Below are positions 49,117 through 62,300 of a stretch of 64,000 nt of DNA, piece by piece (the stretch's first letter is position 1; every line of letters starts with the position of its first letter). The notes below the pieces were generated by a model. It saw only the letters and a program-made list of their open reading frames with translations, had not been told where the DNA came from and made no database searches. The DNA lies in assembly GCF_963921235.1 (NCBI RefSeq), contig NC_086108.1, positions 38,876,001 through 38,940,000 on the forward strand, given 5' to 3'. This stretch comes from Mobula hypostoma. Taxonomy: Eukaryota. A program made the position numbers and the translations under genes.

Positions 49117-51984
49117 GTAAGTGACACAGAAAATTAATTAACATACTCTGATCAATTTGGTACTAAAAGTTGTGCGGGCGGGGTAGACTGATTGGTGGTG
49201 ATGGTAGAGGGAGAGAAACGTTTAGAGTTGAAGTAGATTTTTGGAGGCAGCATGTGGAAGCAGAGAAAGAAGCATTCTAAGTTCAAGACTTTCCAGATTG
49301 TTCTACATTTAGACAGCTCATCACAACTAAATTATCATCAATACGGGCAGGAACCTTCATAAAACTTACCAACTCAGTCATGTGGCAATTAACGAGAATA
49401 AAATTGCAAACAGATATATTAAATCTGGAAAGAAGATCATCACCGTGTCAAGAATAAAGAAAATTATGACAACAAATTCATTAATGTGTATACTGCCTGT
49501 TGCATTTTCATAGATGGAAAGTAACAATTTTACATAGAACAATATTTCTCTAAAATCAAAACTAAGAGAGAAATAAAATTAAATATGCATTAAATTGCTT
49601 CTTTTCATACAATCTGTCTGGTGTTTCACAGGAAAAAATTCTGATAACTCAGAATTGTCAACAAAATTGTGTAATAATGTGGTTGGTCCAAGTGTTCAAC
49701 AGTTCAAAGGTTCATTTATTATCAAAGTATACAACTCTGAAATTCTTCTTCTCTGGCTAGCCCTGAAATCAAGAAAGAAAAGAAAGGTAGCCCGATCATC
49801 AACCCCCAAAATCCCTCCGCCCCTCACAACAAACAAACAAAAATAGAACAGGCACATTAAACCCTAAATCCCTCCTCCCATACAAAAAAACAAACAAAAT
49901 GAAACTAGCACATTGAATCCCCCTCCCCACACAAAAAAACGAGAATGATCGGATGAAAAACACAGGATAAGACTGAAACAAAAGCCTATATATAGTTCAA
50001 GTCAACATCCAAAGCACAGAAAACCTGAGCAACACTCCCCGGCCACAGTGGCAGGCTCTCCCCTCTCCAGTAGCAAAGCGATCAAAGGACGGGCAGACAG
50101 TGCTCACACTTATTCTTCATTTTGTTCTTATGCTACTTGTTTACTTTAAATCATAGCATCTGATGGAAGCAGCTTTTCCAATTCAACTTGTTAAATATGT
50201 ACAAAATACGCTATGATTCATGGTTCAATGTAACAAATATGTAAATAGGTTAAACTCAGCTGCTTCAACATTGACCTTCCCAAAGTCAGGAAAGGGGACA
50301 TTGGATTTTCATTGCAATTCCACAGACAATGAAGCTGTCCATGTCTGAATGTAAGCAAGAAATTGAGAATGTTCTGACATGGGTTAAGAAGCAACAAACA
50401 AGATGTACAAAACAATGATTGTCTCCAACATGAGGGAGCTAAATATTTCCCCTTAAGATGCAACAACGTAGTCTCCACCATTAACATCTGGGCTGGGAGA
50501 GTGTCATCAATACCTTGACTTTCTAAATACTGTGGCTGCAAGAATGTCAGGCACTCTGTATCCTGAGGCAAATGATTCGCCACCTGGCTCTTCCTAATCT
50601 TTCTATCAACATCAGTGATAAGGGGGGTAAAATGGAGCATTCAGCATTTGTTTTTGATTGCAGTTCCAATAACTCTCATGGATCTAAACAGAGCTAAGCA
50701 GCCTGCTCACTGGCACTGTGTAAACACTTCTAAACACTTAACCCTCTCCCACTGCCCCCGTTGGCTTGGACTGTGCTTCACAGTTAAAGTCACCCATGAC
50801 AACACTGCTGTTTTCACACCTTTCTCCAATCTGTCTGCATTGTCTGCTAAACACACTGCAGCAACTTGTCATTTTGTTAACATTTCCCTACAAGCTGCTC
50901 AGTGACTTGAAAATAAATCCCTATTTCTTATCAGAGCTGGTTCAAAGTACTGGAATTACTTATCAGATGTGCAGAGACATCTTTTATCACTGGGGCTGCA
51001 GCTGTTCCAGGGGGCAGTTCATCACCACTTTCCAGAGAGCAATTAGAACGAATACTAAATACTGCCCTTTCCAAATATGCCCTCAAACTGTGAACGGAGG
51101 CAATAAAGGCATCAGTCACCCTTTGGAAAAAAAGGAAGAATTTGTGATGGAGCACAAGTAAACAGAATAAATATTTTAGGAGATGCTATTGTTATGATGA
51201 CACGGAGCCTTTTCCTGCATTCAGCATCTGTGCTCGCTGTGGAGATCCTATCATGTTGCCCCAGATCCTCAGTGGCAACACCATCTCCATCAGTGCAGTA
51301 TTAGAACCCTACTCCTAACAACTTTTTTTTATACCTTTTTAACTATTTCCATGAAACTTAGGCTAATTGGGGCAAAGAAGTACTGGTCCCGATATGTCTC
51401 ATACAAATGGAATCCACTGTAATTAATAAAATGATTGCAAAAATATCCAAGTAAAATTATTTAAATGCAAACAACAGCAATCATTGCAAATATTAAACAG
51501 AACAATAAGGAAGGAGTTTATCTTCCTCTTTTTTTCTCTCTGCAGTCTGACAATCCCCAATGAAGGGGTCAGATACTCAAGTTTAAATGGTGGGGATTCT
51601 CAGCAAGATCATGCTCTGTCAGTGGGCGCCATGAAAAACTGTGTAGCACGATGTCTGATGGATCCAGTGGCCATTAAAGTTGGCACTTCCACATTTGACA
51701 ATGCAGGTGTGCAATTCCCAGACTTGGTAACTTCACTTTAAGTGGGTACCATTGGCATTTACCAACTACATCTGAGCTGACGTTGTAAGGGACAGGCACA
51801 TTTTGAGTTGAAGAATTCAGACTAAATATAAAAAAATGACAAATAATACTGCATTCCAAAGAATATCTGAAACTCAAATTTGTGGCATTCCATAATACTA
51901 CAGTGAATAGTGGTAGAAAAATTGCTTACAATTAAGCACTGTATCTCTAAATAAATAAAGACTGTTGTTCTTAAATTGCTGTTG

Positions 51985-53145
51985 GTCAGCACAGGGCTTC
52001 AGCGCATGACTGGGTATCCCGTCTGGTCCAGATGCTTCCGTGGATTCACCCTTCTGAAGGCAACTCGCATGTCAGCTTTGGAGACTAAGATCACAGGATC
52101 ATCAGGGATGTGGGTGTTCATGATGGTTTTCTTCATGTTCTGAAGGTCAAAGCGAGCGTAGAAGATGTAGACAAACAAGAGAAAATCCATAGTGATGATG
52201 ACTGTGTGGCCAAGTACAGCTGCAATGCCATATTCAAGTTTGCTGATGACACCGCTGTTGTGGGCTGAATCAAAGGTGGTGATGAATCAGCATACAGGAG
52301 GGAGGTTGAAAATTTGGCTGAGTGGTGTCATAACAACAACCTCTCACCTAATGTCAGCAAGACCAAGCAACTGATTGTAGACTTCAGAAGAGCAAAGCCA
52401 GAGGTCCATAAGCCAGTCCTCATCAAAGGATCTGAGGTGGAGAGGGTGAGCAACTTAAAATTCCTGGGTGTTAGTATTTCAGAGGACCTGTCCTGGGCCT
52501 AATTTCAAACTAGCACAGCAGTGCCTCTGCTTCCTTAGGAGTCTGTCAAGATTCAGCATGACCACTAAAACTTTGACAAACTCCTATAGATGTGTGGTGG
52601 AGAGTATATTGTCTAGCTGCATCACAGCCTGGTATGGAAACACCATTGGCCTTGAATGGAAAATCCTACAAAAATGGTGGATATGGCCCTCTCAACTATT
52701 GAGCACTTCAACATGAAACACTGTTGTAGGAAAGCAGCATCCAACGTTAGACATCCTCATCACCAAGGTCATGCTCTCTTCTCACCACTGCCATCTGGTA
52801 GAAGATACCAGAGCCTCAGGTTGAAGAAAAGATACTGTTTCTCAACCATCAGGTTCTTGAGTGGAAAAGGAGAATTACAGTCACTTGCCCCACCTTTGAA
52901 ATGTTCCCACAGCCAATGATCTCACTTTAAGGACTCTTTATCTCATGTTCACGTTATTTATTGCTATTTATTTATATTTGCATTTGCACAGTTTGCTGTC
53001 TTCTGTACTCTGGTTGGTCTTTCATTGATCCTATTATAGTTACGATTCTGTAAATTTGCTGTGTTTGCCCAGAAGAAAATGAATCTCAGTATTGTATGTA
53101 GTTATATATATGTACTATGATAATACAATTTACTTTGAACTTTGA
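51985..53145 (+). mobile_element. L2-type LINE 3' part with an inverted 5' segment (about 51985-52190)
   Basis: KFADDT, LAEWCHNNNL..NVSKTKQLIVDFRR, HPHHQGHALFSPLPSGRRY and a (ctttgaa)n tail. Minus-strand FYARFD..RVAFRRVNPRK abuts it. Confidence 0.8.
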
Positions 53146-53239
53146 ATGATGCCCAGTTGAGCAATTGTCCTTAAAAATGAAAGTAATATATATTTGTCTT
53201 AAGTATTTTACTTGAACACTTCTCCTGAACATCTTGCAG

Positions 53240-53366
53240 ATGCGAAATCGACATGAATGAATGTGAATCAAACCCTTGTCTTAATGGAGGTTTCTGCCAA
53301 GACTTGCCCAACAAGTTTCAGTGCATCTGCGATATGAGCTTTGCCGGTGACCGCTGTGAGTTTGAT
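53240..53366 (+). CDS. CRB1: CRB1 exon 11 equivalent (canonical spliced form): last EGF
   Basis: ttgcag|A ... TTTGAT|gtaagc, 127 bp. [42 protein letters not shown]. Confidence 0.96.
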
Positions 53367-53477
53367 GTAAGCGATCTCTCATTTTTCATCTCTGTGTTAC
53401 TGTGGCAAAATATTTTTCAGCTTCTTTCATACCTCATTCTACGAATGGATGATGAACCAGCAGTTGAGTGGGCTTGA
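53367..53477 (+). CDS. CRB1: Exon-11 read-through extension: alternative CRB1-B-type C-terminus
   Basis: The frame stays open across the donor: [36 protein letters not shown]. This closely resembles the mammalian alternative tail as recalled ([36 protein letters not shown]...). AATAAA at 53498 and 53732. Confidence 0.9.
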   Translation, partial: VSDLSFFISVLLWQNIFQLLSYLILRMDDEPAVEWA

Positions 53478-55687
53478 AGTTCTTGGATAACCAAACTAAT
53501 AAATCATCTAAAAGGATTGGACTTAACTTATGCCTGAATAGGTCTCGGTACTGTTAGGAAGCAGCTAATTACAAACCTTTAAACATTGGGAAAACTCAGG
53601 ACCTATTATGGCTTTCAACCTATATAACATTTTAATGCACATTATCTGGGAAAATTATTTTTTGGAAATATTTAGCATCAGATATTTCAATGAAACACAT
53701 AGCTAAGAAACTTATTTTCCAGTAATTTGGGAATAAATACGCGTGGAGATGATCCCATTATATTTTGTTTCCAGTGGAGATTAATTAAGAATATTCATTT
53801 TAGCTAGTTAGAAATCCTTGTGTTCTGCAAGGTGAACACACTACACTGGGATGATTAACCATCTTAACTCACTTTGGTGTTTAGCAGTTTTAGTTATTAG
53901 GTTCTGCATTTTTCTTTCAGATGAAAGTGATAAATGTTTAAAAATGGTAAACATTTCTATGATATCATTTCTTTCCTCTCAATTTCATGTTTATATTTAA
54001 ATGCAGTTACACGATCCGCCTCAGTCATTTCAAATTGGTGAAAATATGACTTTTTATCCACTCTGAGAAAAATTATTTTTGCTGATCTCCTAATTGGATT
54101 TGTTAGTGATTATCTTGTACATTGGACTTGATATTTTCCTTATATCTTCTCCACTTTTAAAGACCTCTGTCAAGTCACCTCTATGTCTTTTATAAAGTAA
54201 AAAGGTTCCAAAACTACTCAGCTGTCCCTTTTTCTTTAAATTATTGAAAATAAAACCAACAGGTGCTAAAGAGAATATCATTGAGTAATGTGCTGCCCCA
54301 TCAGATGCAACTTTTCAATGTCATCCTATTCCTGAGCTTCTTGGGGGTTGAGGTTGTGGGTTTGGGATGTGTTGCTGGAGTAGCTTGGACAAGTACAGGG
54401 AGCTTCAGTGCGTTTTGTAGATAGCACTAATTACAGCCATTTGATGATGACAATGCAGAATGTGTTCCAGGTGTTGGATACGGTACCAGCGAAGCAAGGC
54501 ATTTAGTAAGGAGCAAGTGAGCTTTCACACCAGGAGGAAAATCCAGGCTATTCAACCACTTACCTCAAATCTGGCTATCTGGGTCTCAGGGAAGGGTAGT
54601 TTAATATCTAAAGCAGAACCTGCCTTGGTAGAGTGTAGTGCAGAAACGGCGGAGTGTAGGTCTCATTGAACTGCTCATATAAGGGGCTGGCATTCCAGTA
54701 ATGATTGTTATTCTGTGATCTAGATTTTGGAGGCATGAAAGACATCTGGCAAAAATTATCATATTTTGGGGTAAAGAAGGATAATAAAATTATAAATCAG
54801 CAGTGCTGCATCGCAAACAAAAAAAAACAGCCATTCACCCAACTCCTCGGAGAAGAAAAGCCCATGAACTTCGGAATAAAATCAACAAAGATGATTCTTA
54901 ACAACTCAGAGCAACTGTGGTAAATCAAACCCACCCTGAAGTTGCTCTTTTCCCATCGATTATCAAGTGAGTCACTGAACAGCACCAGTGACTATCTTAG
55001 TCATGATAGGAAACATATCAATGGACTACAATTGTCCAGAGTATTTGGGTACATCTTCCGGGCGCAGCAGAAATCTGGCTGTAAATAACGACAAGAAATT
55101 CCCATCAAATAGAGACATATACCAGTAAATTCAATTATCATCCAATGTCCCCAGTCTCTCTATTTTTTAAAAATATAAAGTAGTAAATTCAGTTGTTACA
55201 AAACTACTAAACTTTCTTCTGGCCCAAGTATAAACTTTCAAACCATGCCATTGCTGAAACAGTTTCTAAAGCCTTGGGGGAAAAAAGGGCATCAGGACTA
55301 GTGATGGGGTGACAAGTTGCTTAAACAACCAATTCAACAGCAAATCACTGTCTTACGGTGTTCTTTTTCACTGATAAGCGATTTCACCAAGGTTCCATCG
55401 AACAACAAGTAGCAAGTGAAGCAAAATATGTTAAGACTTTCATGGAAATCTTCAGGGGCTTACACTTAGTTCCATACGACAGCTTCAGAACACTGTGCTT
55501 CAGAGTTCAGTCACAGTAAATTTAGGGTTAATACAGGATGTCTTCACTTTCACTGGATGCTAAATTTGTGATGTACAGATTAGGATTACCAAATCAAACC
55601 CAGGATTAAGTGGTGTGAGATTCTTTTCAAAGTTTCCGGTTTCCAGGTTGAACACTGATATTGCATTAAGGCTCTACTAATGCCATA

Positions 55688-55970
55688 AGGCCACAGTGGC
55701 ATAGTGGTTAGCAGGGCACAGTTACAGCTCTGGGCGTCTGGAGCTCAGAGTTCTATTCCAGCACCATCTGCAAGGAGCTTGTGTGCTCTCCCTGTTAATC
55801 ACATGCGCTTCCTCTGGGTTCTCAGTTTTCCTACCCCAGCCCGGTTGGCTGGTTAATTGGTCATTGTAAATTGTCCTGTGATTACTCTGTGGTTAAGTAA
55901 GTGGGTTGCTGGGCATAGCGACTCGTTGGGCCACAAGAAGCTGTTACGTGCTGTATTTCTAAATAAATAA
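55688..55970 (+). mobile_element. tRNA-derived V-SINE
   Basis: A-box-like gtggcatagtggttagc, B-box-like gagttctattcc, V-domain-like ggagcttgtgtgctctccc...ctcagttttcctaccc, and a (taaa)n tail. Confidence 0.7.
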
Positions 55971-56086
55971 ATATAATGTAAATCAGTTAAAATATGCTAT
56001 TCTTGTTGACCAAGTGTACTGCAAATACCTAACACCTGTTATCTATACCAGTCTGGTATTCATTGCACATCAACATCGTATAAATC

Positions 56087-56366
56087 TATTTATTTATTTA
56101 TTGAGACACAGCACAGACTAGGCCCTTTGAGCAACACCGTTCAGAAGCCCCCGACTTAACCCTAGCCTAATCACAGGACAATTTACAATGACCAGTTAAC
56201 CTACCAACTAGTGTGTCTTTGGATTGTGGGAGGATAGCAGAGCGCCTAGAGGAAACACACACGGTCACGGGAAGAATGCACAAACTCCTTGCAGTCAGCG
56301 GTGGGAACCGAACCACAGTCACTGGCACTATAAAGCATTGTGCTAACCACTATGTTACCATGCCGC
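56087..56366 (-). mobile_element. tRNA-derived V-SINE
   Basis: Minus strand gcggcatggtaacatagtggttagcac...ggttcggttccc...ggagtttgtgcattcttcccgtg, with a (taaa)n tail. Confidence 0.75.
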
Positions 56367-57697
56367 TCAAGGAAGATCTGCATTGGTAGTGTATACCAAA
56401 TATTCTCCATCTAGCTGAAGTAAAATTCCTGATTTTCGTACCAGCAGCTTGCTGGTGGTTTAAGACTGATGATTAAGAAATCATGTAAATTAAGTGTTTT
56501 TTTTTATTGTTGCTTTGAATGTGAACAAAATCACAGTAAAAAGAAGAAAATCTAAGCACACATTATTTTATATATATATCTATAAATAATTATGCTGAAG
56601 GTTTATAAATGTTCTTGTGTATTTTATATATGCATATGTTACAAATATTCTGGTACTTGAAATTATATTTTTGACTGGCAGTGAATCTAGTAAGTCAAAC
56701 TGAAATAAAGTGTGATTTTAGTGAATAGTGGAGGAGGCTCAAGGGACTGAGTAGCAAAGACCTGCTCCTTTTTCTTGTGTTCTTATAAATAATGGAGCTG
56801 CCCTGGTCAGAAAAACACAGACCAAGGGGAAATATGAAATGCACACAAAATAAAGTATGAGTTCTGGCTTTATTGGAACAAGCAAAAAAAGGCAAGGGAA
56901 TACCTGGGTTGTTTAAGTTGTAGTTTTGTTCTTTTCCTTGTTTATACATAGAGCTCCTGTATTTTTCAATGTCATAAGAATATACATTTTCTCAAATAGT
57001 CGTCAAGTTCACAAAGATGAGCGTGTGTGCGAATCACCTTTTATCTATTGCTCCCTGATATTCTTTATTACTAACTTCACCAACCATTATGACCATTCTA
57101 CATCTTATCACTGTGTCTGTGTTCTTTTGGCTAAACCACATTGTCATCTGGCATTATTCCAGAAGATCAACAGCTCTATCCATTCCTAATATTCACAGTG
57201 TTGTTTATCCTGTTGCAGCATGTATGATAATCCACACTTTGGGGGCACTGTCCCAATGTTATTATTTGAAATCTTAATAAACACACAATCTTTGTTCTAT
57301 CTGTGTGACTTCATTTCTTGTGCTTTGTTTAATGTTAAATATGTTCAAAGTAATTTTATTATCAAGTTACCATAACGTTCATTTTCTTGAAAAAATAGAA
57401 ATACAATAGAATTTTACAGAAAATCCGTACAGAAAAGATTGATACACAATGTGCAAAAGAAGGCAAACTGCACAAATAAAACAAAAATACTGAGAACAAG
57501 AGTTGCAAAGTGTCCTTGTGAGTGAGACTATAGGTCATAGAATCAGTTCAGAGTAGTAGTGGTGATTGAAGTTATCCAGGCTGTATCCACCATTATCTCA
57601 AACGACAGGAATTCTGCAGATGCTGGAAATTCAAGCAACACACATAAAAGTTGCTGGTGAATGCAGCAGGCCAGGCAGCATCTCTAGGAAGAGGTAC

Positions 57698-57733
57698 AGT
57701 CGACGTTTCGGGCCGAGACCCTTCGTCAGGACT
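57698..57733 (-). ncRNA. Minimal hammerhead ribozyme, consensus core intact
   Basis: AGTC-CTGACGA-AGGGTCTCGGCCC-GAAAC-GTC-GACT. Confidence 0.75.
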
Positions 57734-59277
57734 AACTGAAAGAAGAGCTAGTAAGAGATTTGAAAGTGGGAGGGGGAGGGGGAGATCCAAAATGATAGGA
57801 GAAGACAGGAGGGGGAGGGATGGAGCCAAGAGCTGGACAGGTGATTGGCAAAAGTGATACGAGAGGATCATGGGACAGGAGGTCCGGGAAGAAAGATGAG
57901 GAGGTGGGGGGGGGGCCCAGAGGATGGGCAAGGGGTATATTCAGAGGGACAGAGGGAGAAAAAGGAGAGTGAGATAAAGAATGTGTGTATAAAAATAAGT
58001 AACAGATGGGGTACGCGGGGGAGGTGGGGCATTAGCGGAAGTTAGAGAAGTCGATGTTCATGCCATTAGGTTGGAGGCTACCCAGACGGAATATAAGATG
58101 TTGTTCCTCCAACCTGAGTGTGGCTTCATCTTGACAGTAGAGGAGGCCGTGGATAGACATGTCAGAATGGGAATGGGATGTGGAATTAAAATGTGTGGCC
58201 ACTAGGAGATCCTGCTTTCTCTGGCGGACAGAGCGTAGGTGTTCAGCAAAGCGGTCTCCCAGTCTGCGTCGGGTCTCGCCAATATATAAAAGGCCACATC
58301 GGGAGCACCGGACGCAGTATATCACCCCAGCCGACTCACAGGTGAAGTGTTGCCTCACCTGGAAGGACTGTTTGGGGCCCTGAATGGTGGTAAGTGAGGA
58401 AGTGTAAGGGCATGTGTAGCACTTGTTCCGCTTACACTGATAAATGCCAGGAGGGAGATCAGTGGGGAGGGATGGGGGGGACGAATGGACAAGGGAGTTG
58501 CGTAGGGAGTGATCCCTGCGGAATGCAGAGAGAGGGGGGGAGGGAAAGATGCGCTTAGTGGTGGGATCCCGTTGGAGGTGGCGGAAGTTACGGAGAATAA
58601 TATGTTGGACCCAGAGGCTGGTGGGGTGGTAGGTGAGGACCAGGGGAACCCTATTCCTAATGGGGTGGCGGGAGGATGGAGTGAGAGCAGATGTGCATGA
58701 AATGGGGGAGATGCGTTTAAGAGCAGAGTTGATAGTGGAGGAAGGGAAACCCCTTTCTTTAAAAAAGGAAGACATCTCCCTCGTCCTAGAATGAAAAGCC
58801 TCATCCTGAGAGCAGATGCGGCGGAGACGGAGGAATTGCGAGAAGGGCATGGTGTTTTTGCAAGAGACAGGGTGAGAAGAGGGATAGTCCAGATAGCTGT
58901 GAGAGTCAGTAGGCTTATAGTAGACATCAGTGGATAAGCTGTCTCCAGAGAAACAGACAGAAAGATCTAGAAAGGGGAGGGAGGTGTCGGAAATAGACCA
59001 GGTAAACTTGAGGGCAGGGTGAAAGTTGGAGGCAAAGTTAATAAAGTCAACGAGCTCTGCATGCGTGCAGGAAGCAGCGCCAATGCAGTCGTCGATGTAG
59101 CGAAGGAAAAGTGGGGGACCGATACCAGAATAGGCATGGAACATAGATTGTTCCACAAAGCCAACAAAAAGGCAGGCATAGCTAAGACCCATACGGGTGC
59201 CCATAGCTACACCTTTAGTTTGGAGGAAGTGGGAGGAGCCAAAGGAGAAATTATTCTCTTAAACTCTTCCTTCAGTT

Positions 59278-59313
59278 AGTCCTGACGAAGGGTCTCGGCC
59301 TGAAACGTCGACT
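59278..59313 (+). ncRNA. Minimal hammerhead ribozyme, consensus core intact, sense to CRB1
   Basis: AGTC-CTGACGA-AGGGTCTCGGCCT-GAAAC-GTC-GACT. Confidence 0.75.
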
Positions 59314-62300
59314 GCACCTCTTCCTAGAGATGCTGCCTGGCCTCCTGCGTTCACCAGCAACTTTTATGTATGTTGCTCCACCATCATCTGTAGCCTTTTC
59401 TGTTCCTAGGCATTGGTGATTCCATACCAGGCCATGGTACAACCAGTTAGGATACCACCCACTGCTCATCTATAGAAGTTTGTCAAGTTTTAGGGGACAT
59501 ACTGAATTTACACAATCTTCTAAGAAAGTAGTCTTTTGTTGTGATGACAATTATGTGCTGGTCTCAGGACAGAGACCCTGATTTGTTGACACTAAGGAAA
59601 TTAAAGCTACTGCCCCTCCTCGCCTCCATTCCCCTAATGAGCACTGACTCATGGACCTCTAGCTTCTTCCCCCTGCAGTCGATAATCAGCTCTTTGGTTT
59701 TACTAACACTGAGCGAGAAGTTGTTGTTGTGGCACCACTCAAGCAGATTTTCAATCTCTCTCCTGTATGCTGATTCATCATCACCCTCGACTCGGCCAAC
59801 TACAGTGGTGTCGTCAGCAACCTAAGATATGGTATTGGAGCTGTACTTAACCACACAACGATAAGCATAAAGCAAGTACAGCAAGGGACTAAGCACACAG
59901 CCCTGTGGTGCACCTGTGCTGATGGTAAGAGTGGAGGAGATGTTGGATCTGCCAGTGAGAAAATTGAAGATGCAGTTGCACAGGAAGGTATCAAGGTCCA
60001 GGTCTTGGAACTTAGTAATGGGGTTCAAGGGAATGATAAGTGATGAATCCTGAGCTGTTGTCAATGAAGAGCATCCTGACATATGCATCTTCATTGTCCA
60101 GGTGTTCCAGAGCTGAGTGGAAAGCCAATTGAATGGCATCTGCTGTTAACTCGTTATGATGATAGGCAAATTGAAGCAGATTCAGAACACTCCTCAGTCA
60201 GGAGGTGATATATTTCATGACCAAGCTCTCAAAACACTTCGTCACTGTGGATGGAAATGCAACTGGGCTATAGTTGTTGAGGTAGGTTACCACATTCTTC
60301 TTGGGCACCAGTATGATTGATATCTGTTTGAAGCAAGTAGGTACCTCAGACTGCTGAAGCGAGAGCTTGAAGATGTCCATCAACACTCCAGCCAGTTATT
60401 CACAAAGGACGCCAATACTTGGCCAAGGATACCATCTGGGTCAGATGCTTTCTGTGAATCACCCTCCTGGAGGATGCTCTCACGTTGGTCTCAGAGCCTG
60501 AGATCACAGGTTTATCGGGGAGCTCCGGTGGCGGGGGAGGCAGGGAGGGGTTCATGAAGGTGTCTCCATGTTCTGTCAGTCATAACAAGCTCTGAAGGCA
60601 GTGGTGACATTCAACCCCTGCCACAGTTGTTGAGCATTCCTTTGTGGTTCAAGTTTAGTCTGGATTTACCACTGAACAGGTAAGATGGCCATGCAGGGAT
60701 CATATCTGAACTTCTTGTACTTTCCTGAATCACCACTGATCTAGCCCTTGGCAGATTCTAAATCTCTTAGTTAGCCCAGGGCCAATGAGACTGAAACTCT
60801 CAAACTATCATAAAGGCCCATCTGATTCATGGTTGTAACTCAGGAATGGAAGATCTGACCTTTTTTGAGAGTTCAGGCCCACTTATGTAGTTGAATGTTG
60901 CCTACTATCCTCCAACATGCTTACCAAATGAGAAGGCAATTAGGGCTACACTGTATAATTTACGTTGACATTACCAACAACATTTATATCCAGTGATTGA
61001 ATAAAGAGAAGTAATAAAGTTATTCACACTTTCCTTTTAAATTCATTCTAGTGAAAGCTACCATTAAGATGATCATGAACTGCAAGAAGCTCAGTAGAAT
61101 CTAGCACAAAACTTGGGGTGAGGTCATTGTAAAGTGGAGCTGAGCTCTTAATAGATAAGGTATGAGTAAAGGTCGGTCAGTGAGGCTGGTGGTTTAACTT
61201 GAGCATTATCAAGAGGAGAAAGAACTTAAAAATCAGAGAAGGCCACATGGCTATTGGAAGACTACCAAGGTTTGGTGCTGACTCATGTAGAATGTCCTGG
61301 CAGGGAAGCTAACTCATCTTCACCACAAAACAAAATGGGAAGAAGTTGTGCATATGATTATTCTTATTCATGGAGGGAGATGTATGATGAATTGGTCACA
61401 ATGGTTCTATGGCAGGGGCTCCCACCCTGTGGTCCACAGACCCCTTGCTTAATGGTGTTGGTCCATGGCATAAAGAAGTTTGGTATGGTATAATTAACAG
61501 AAATACTAACTGCTCGTATTTGTGTAGCATCTGCATTGTAAGGAGCTTATCAAACAACACTTAACTCTAGGACAACTGATCAAAAATTTAGCTGGAGAGG
61601 CAGCAAGACAAGTAATAATATCTTTCCAAATTGCTAGAGCAACAGAAACTATGAATAAGGACCCATGCTCCTTATATCCTCTGATGTTCAACAGATAGGG
61701 ATGCCACTCATCAGTACCTGTATGATCTGTGATAACCAACAGATCATGCATATGAATGAAGAGATTACTAGGAGAGGACTCTTAAATTCTACCCTCAGGG
61801 CCTTGTGGGCAGAAGTTTATATCTGGGTGGTGACTAATGATTAGCTTTAGAGACATTAGGGTTTACCACAGTAAAGCAAGCCAAGCAGATTAAAAAAGCC
61901 TTTAGCAAACTACATACTGTAAAACTCACTTGAGAAACAGCACTATCAGGTAGACCATATTTACACTTGTAGAGTACCGTAACATTCAGAAACTTCCAGA
62001 AAGCACATAGTGTATAATTGAGCAAACATGCTCAATACAAAAGCAAAATAAAATAACTTTTCATTGCACCAGTTGCATTCAGAGTAATATATCACAAACA
62101 CAGTTAAGAGCATGATAGAAGTTTATTTATTTGAGAACTTATTTCCCTGTGCAGAGTGGTCTATAAGTCAAAGTCATAGATTTAAGATGAGTAGAGAAAG
62201 TTGAGAAGGGACTTGATTTTTTTTTTCCCTACTCACAAACAGATGAACTTCTAGCTCGTAAGAGTGGTGGCAGCAGAGACTCACAACATGTTTAAGAGAA

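Larger units (their letters stand above)
57599..59376 (-). mobile_element. Penelope-like element: 5'-truncated RT plus GIY-YIG endonuclease (ORF 58032-59204), 3' pLTR and inverted pLTR piece
   Basis: MGTRMG..YA.LF; RYIDDC; PFLDL; GVIYCVRCSRCGLLYIGETRRRLGDRFAEH. Inverted end 59260-59376; 13-bp TSD tccacca(t/c)atct at 57586-57598 and 59377-59389. Confidence 0.95.
57330..60790 (-). mobile_element. L2/Rex1-type LINE (57330-57598 plus 59377-60790) interrupted by Penelope
   Basis: [42 protein letters not shown]; the 3' UTR continues left of the PLE. Confidence 0.8.

Noticed and set aside
553..53477. Assignment as CRB2, NOTCH or EYS
   Set aside because: Exon sizes and phases, the exon-5 insert, the LamG/EGF order and the exon-11 read-through tail all fit CRB1.
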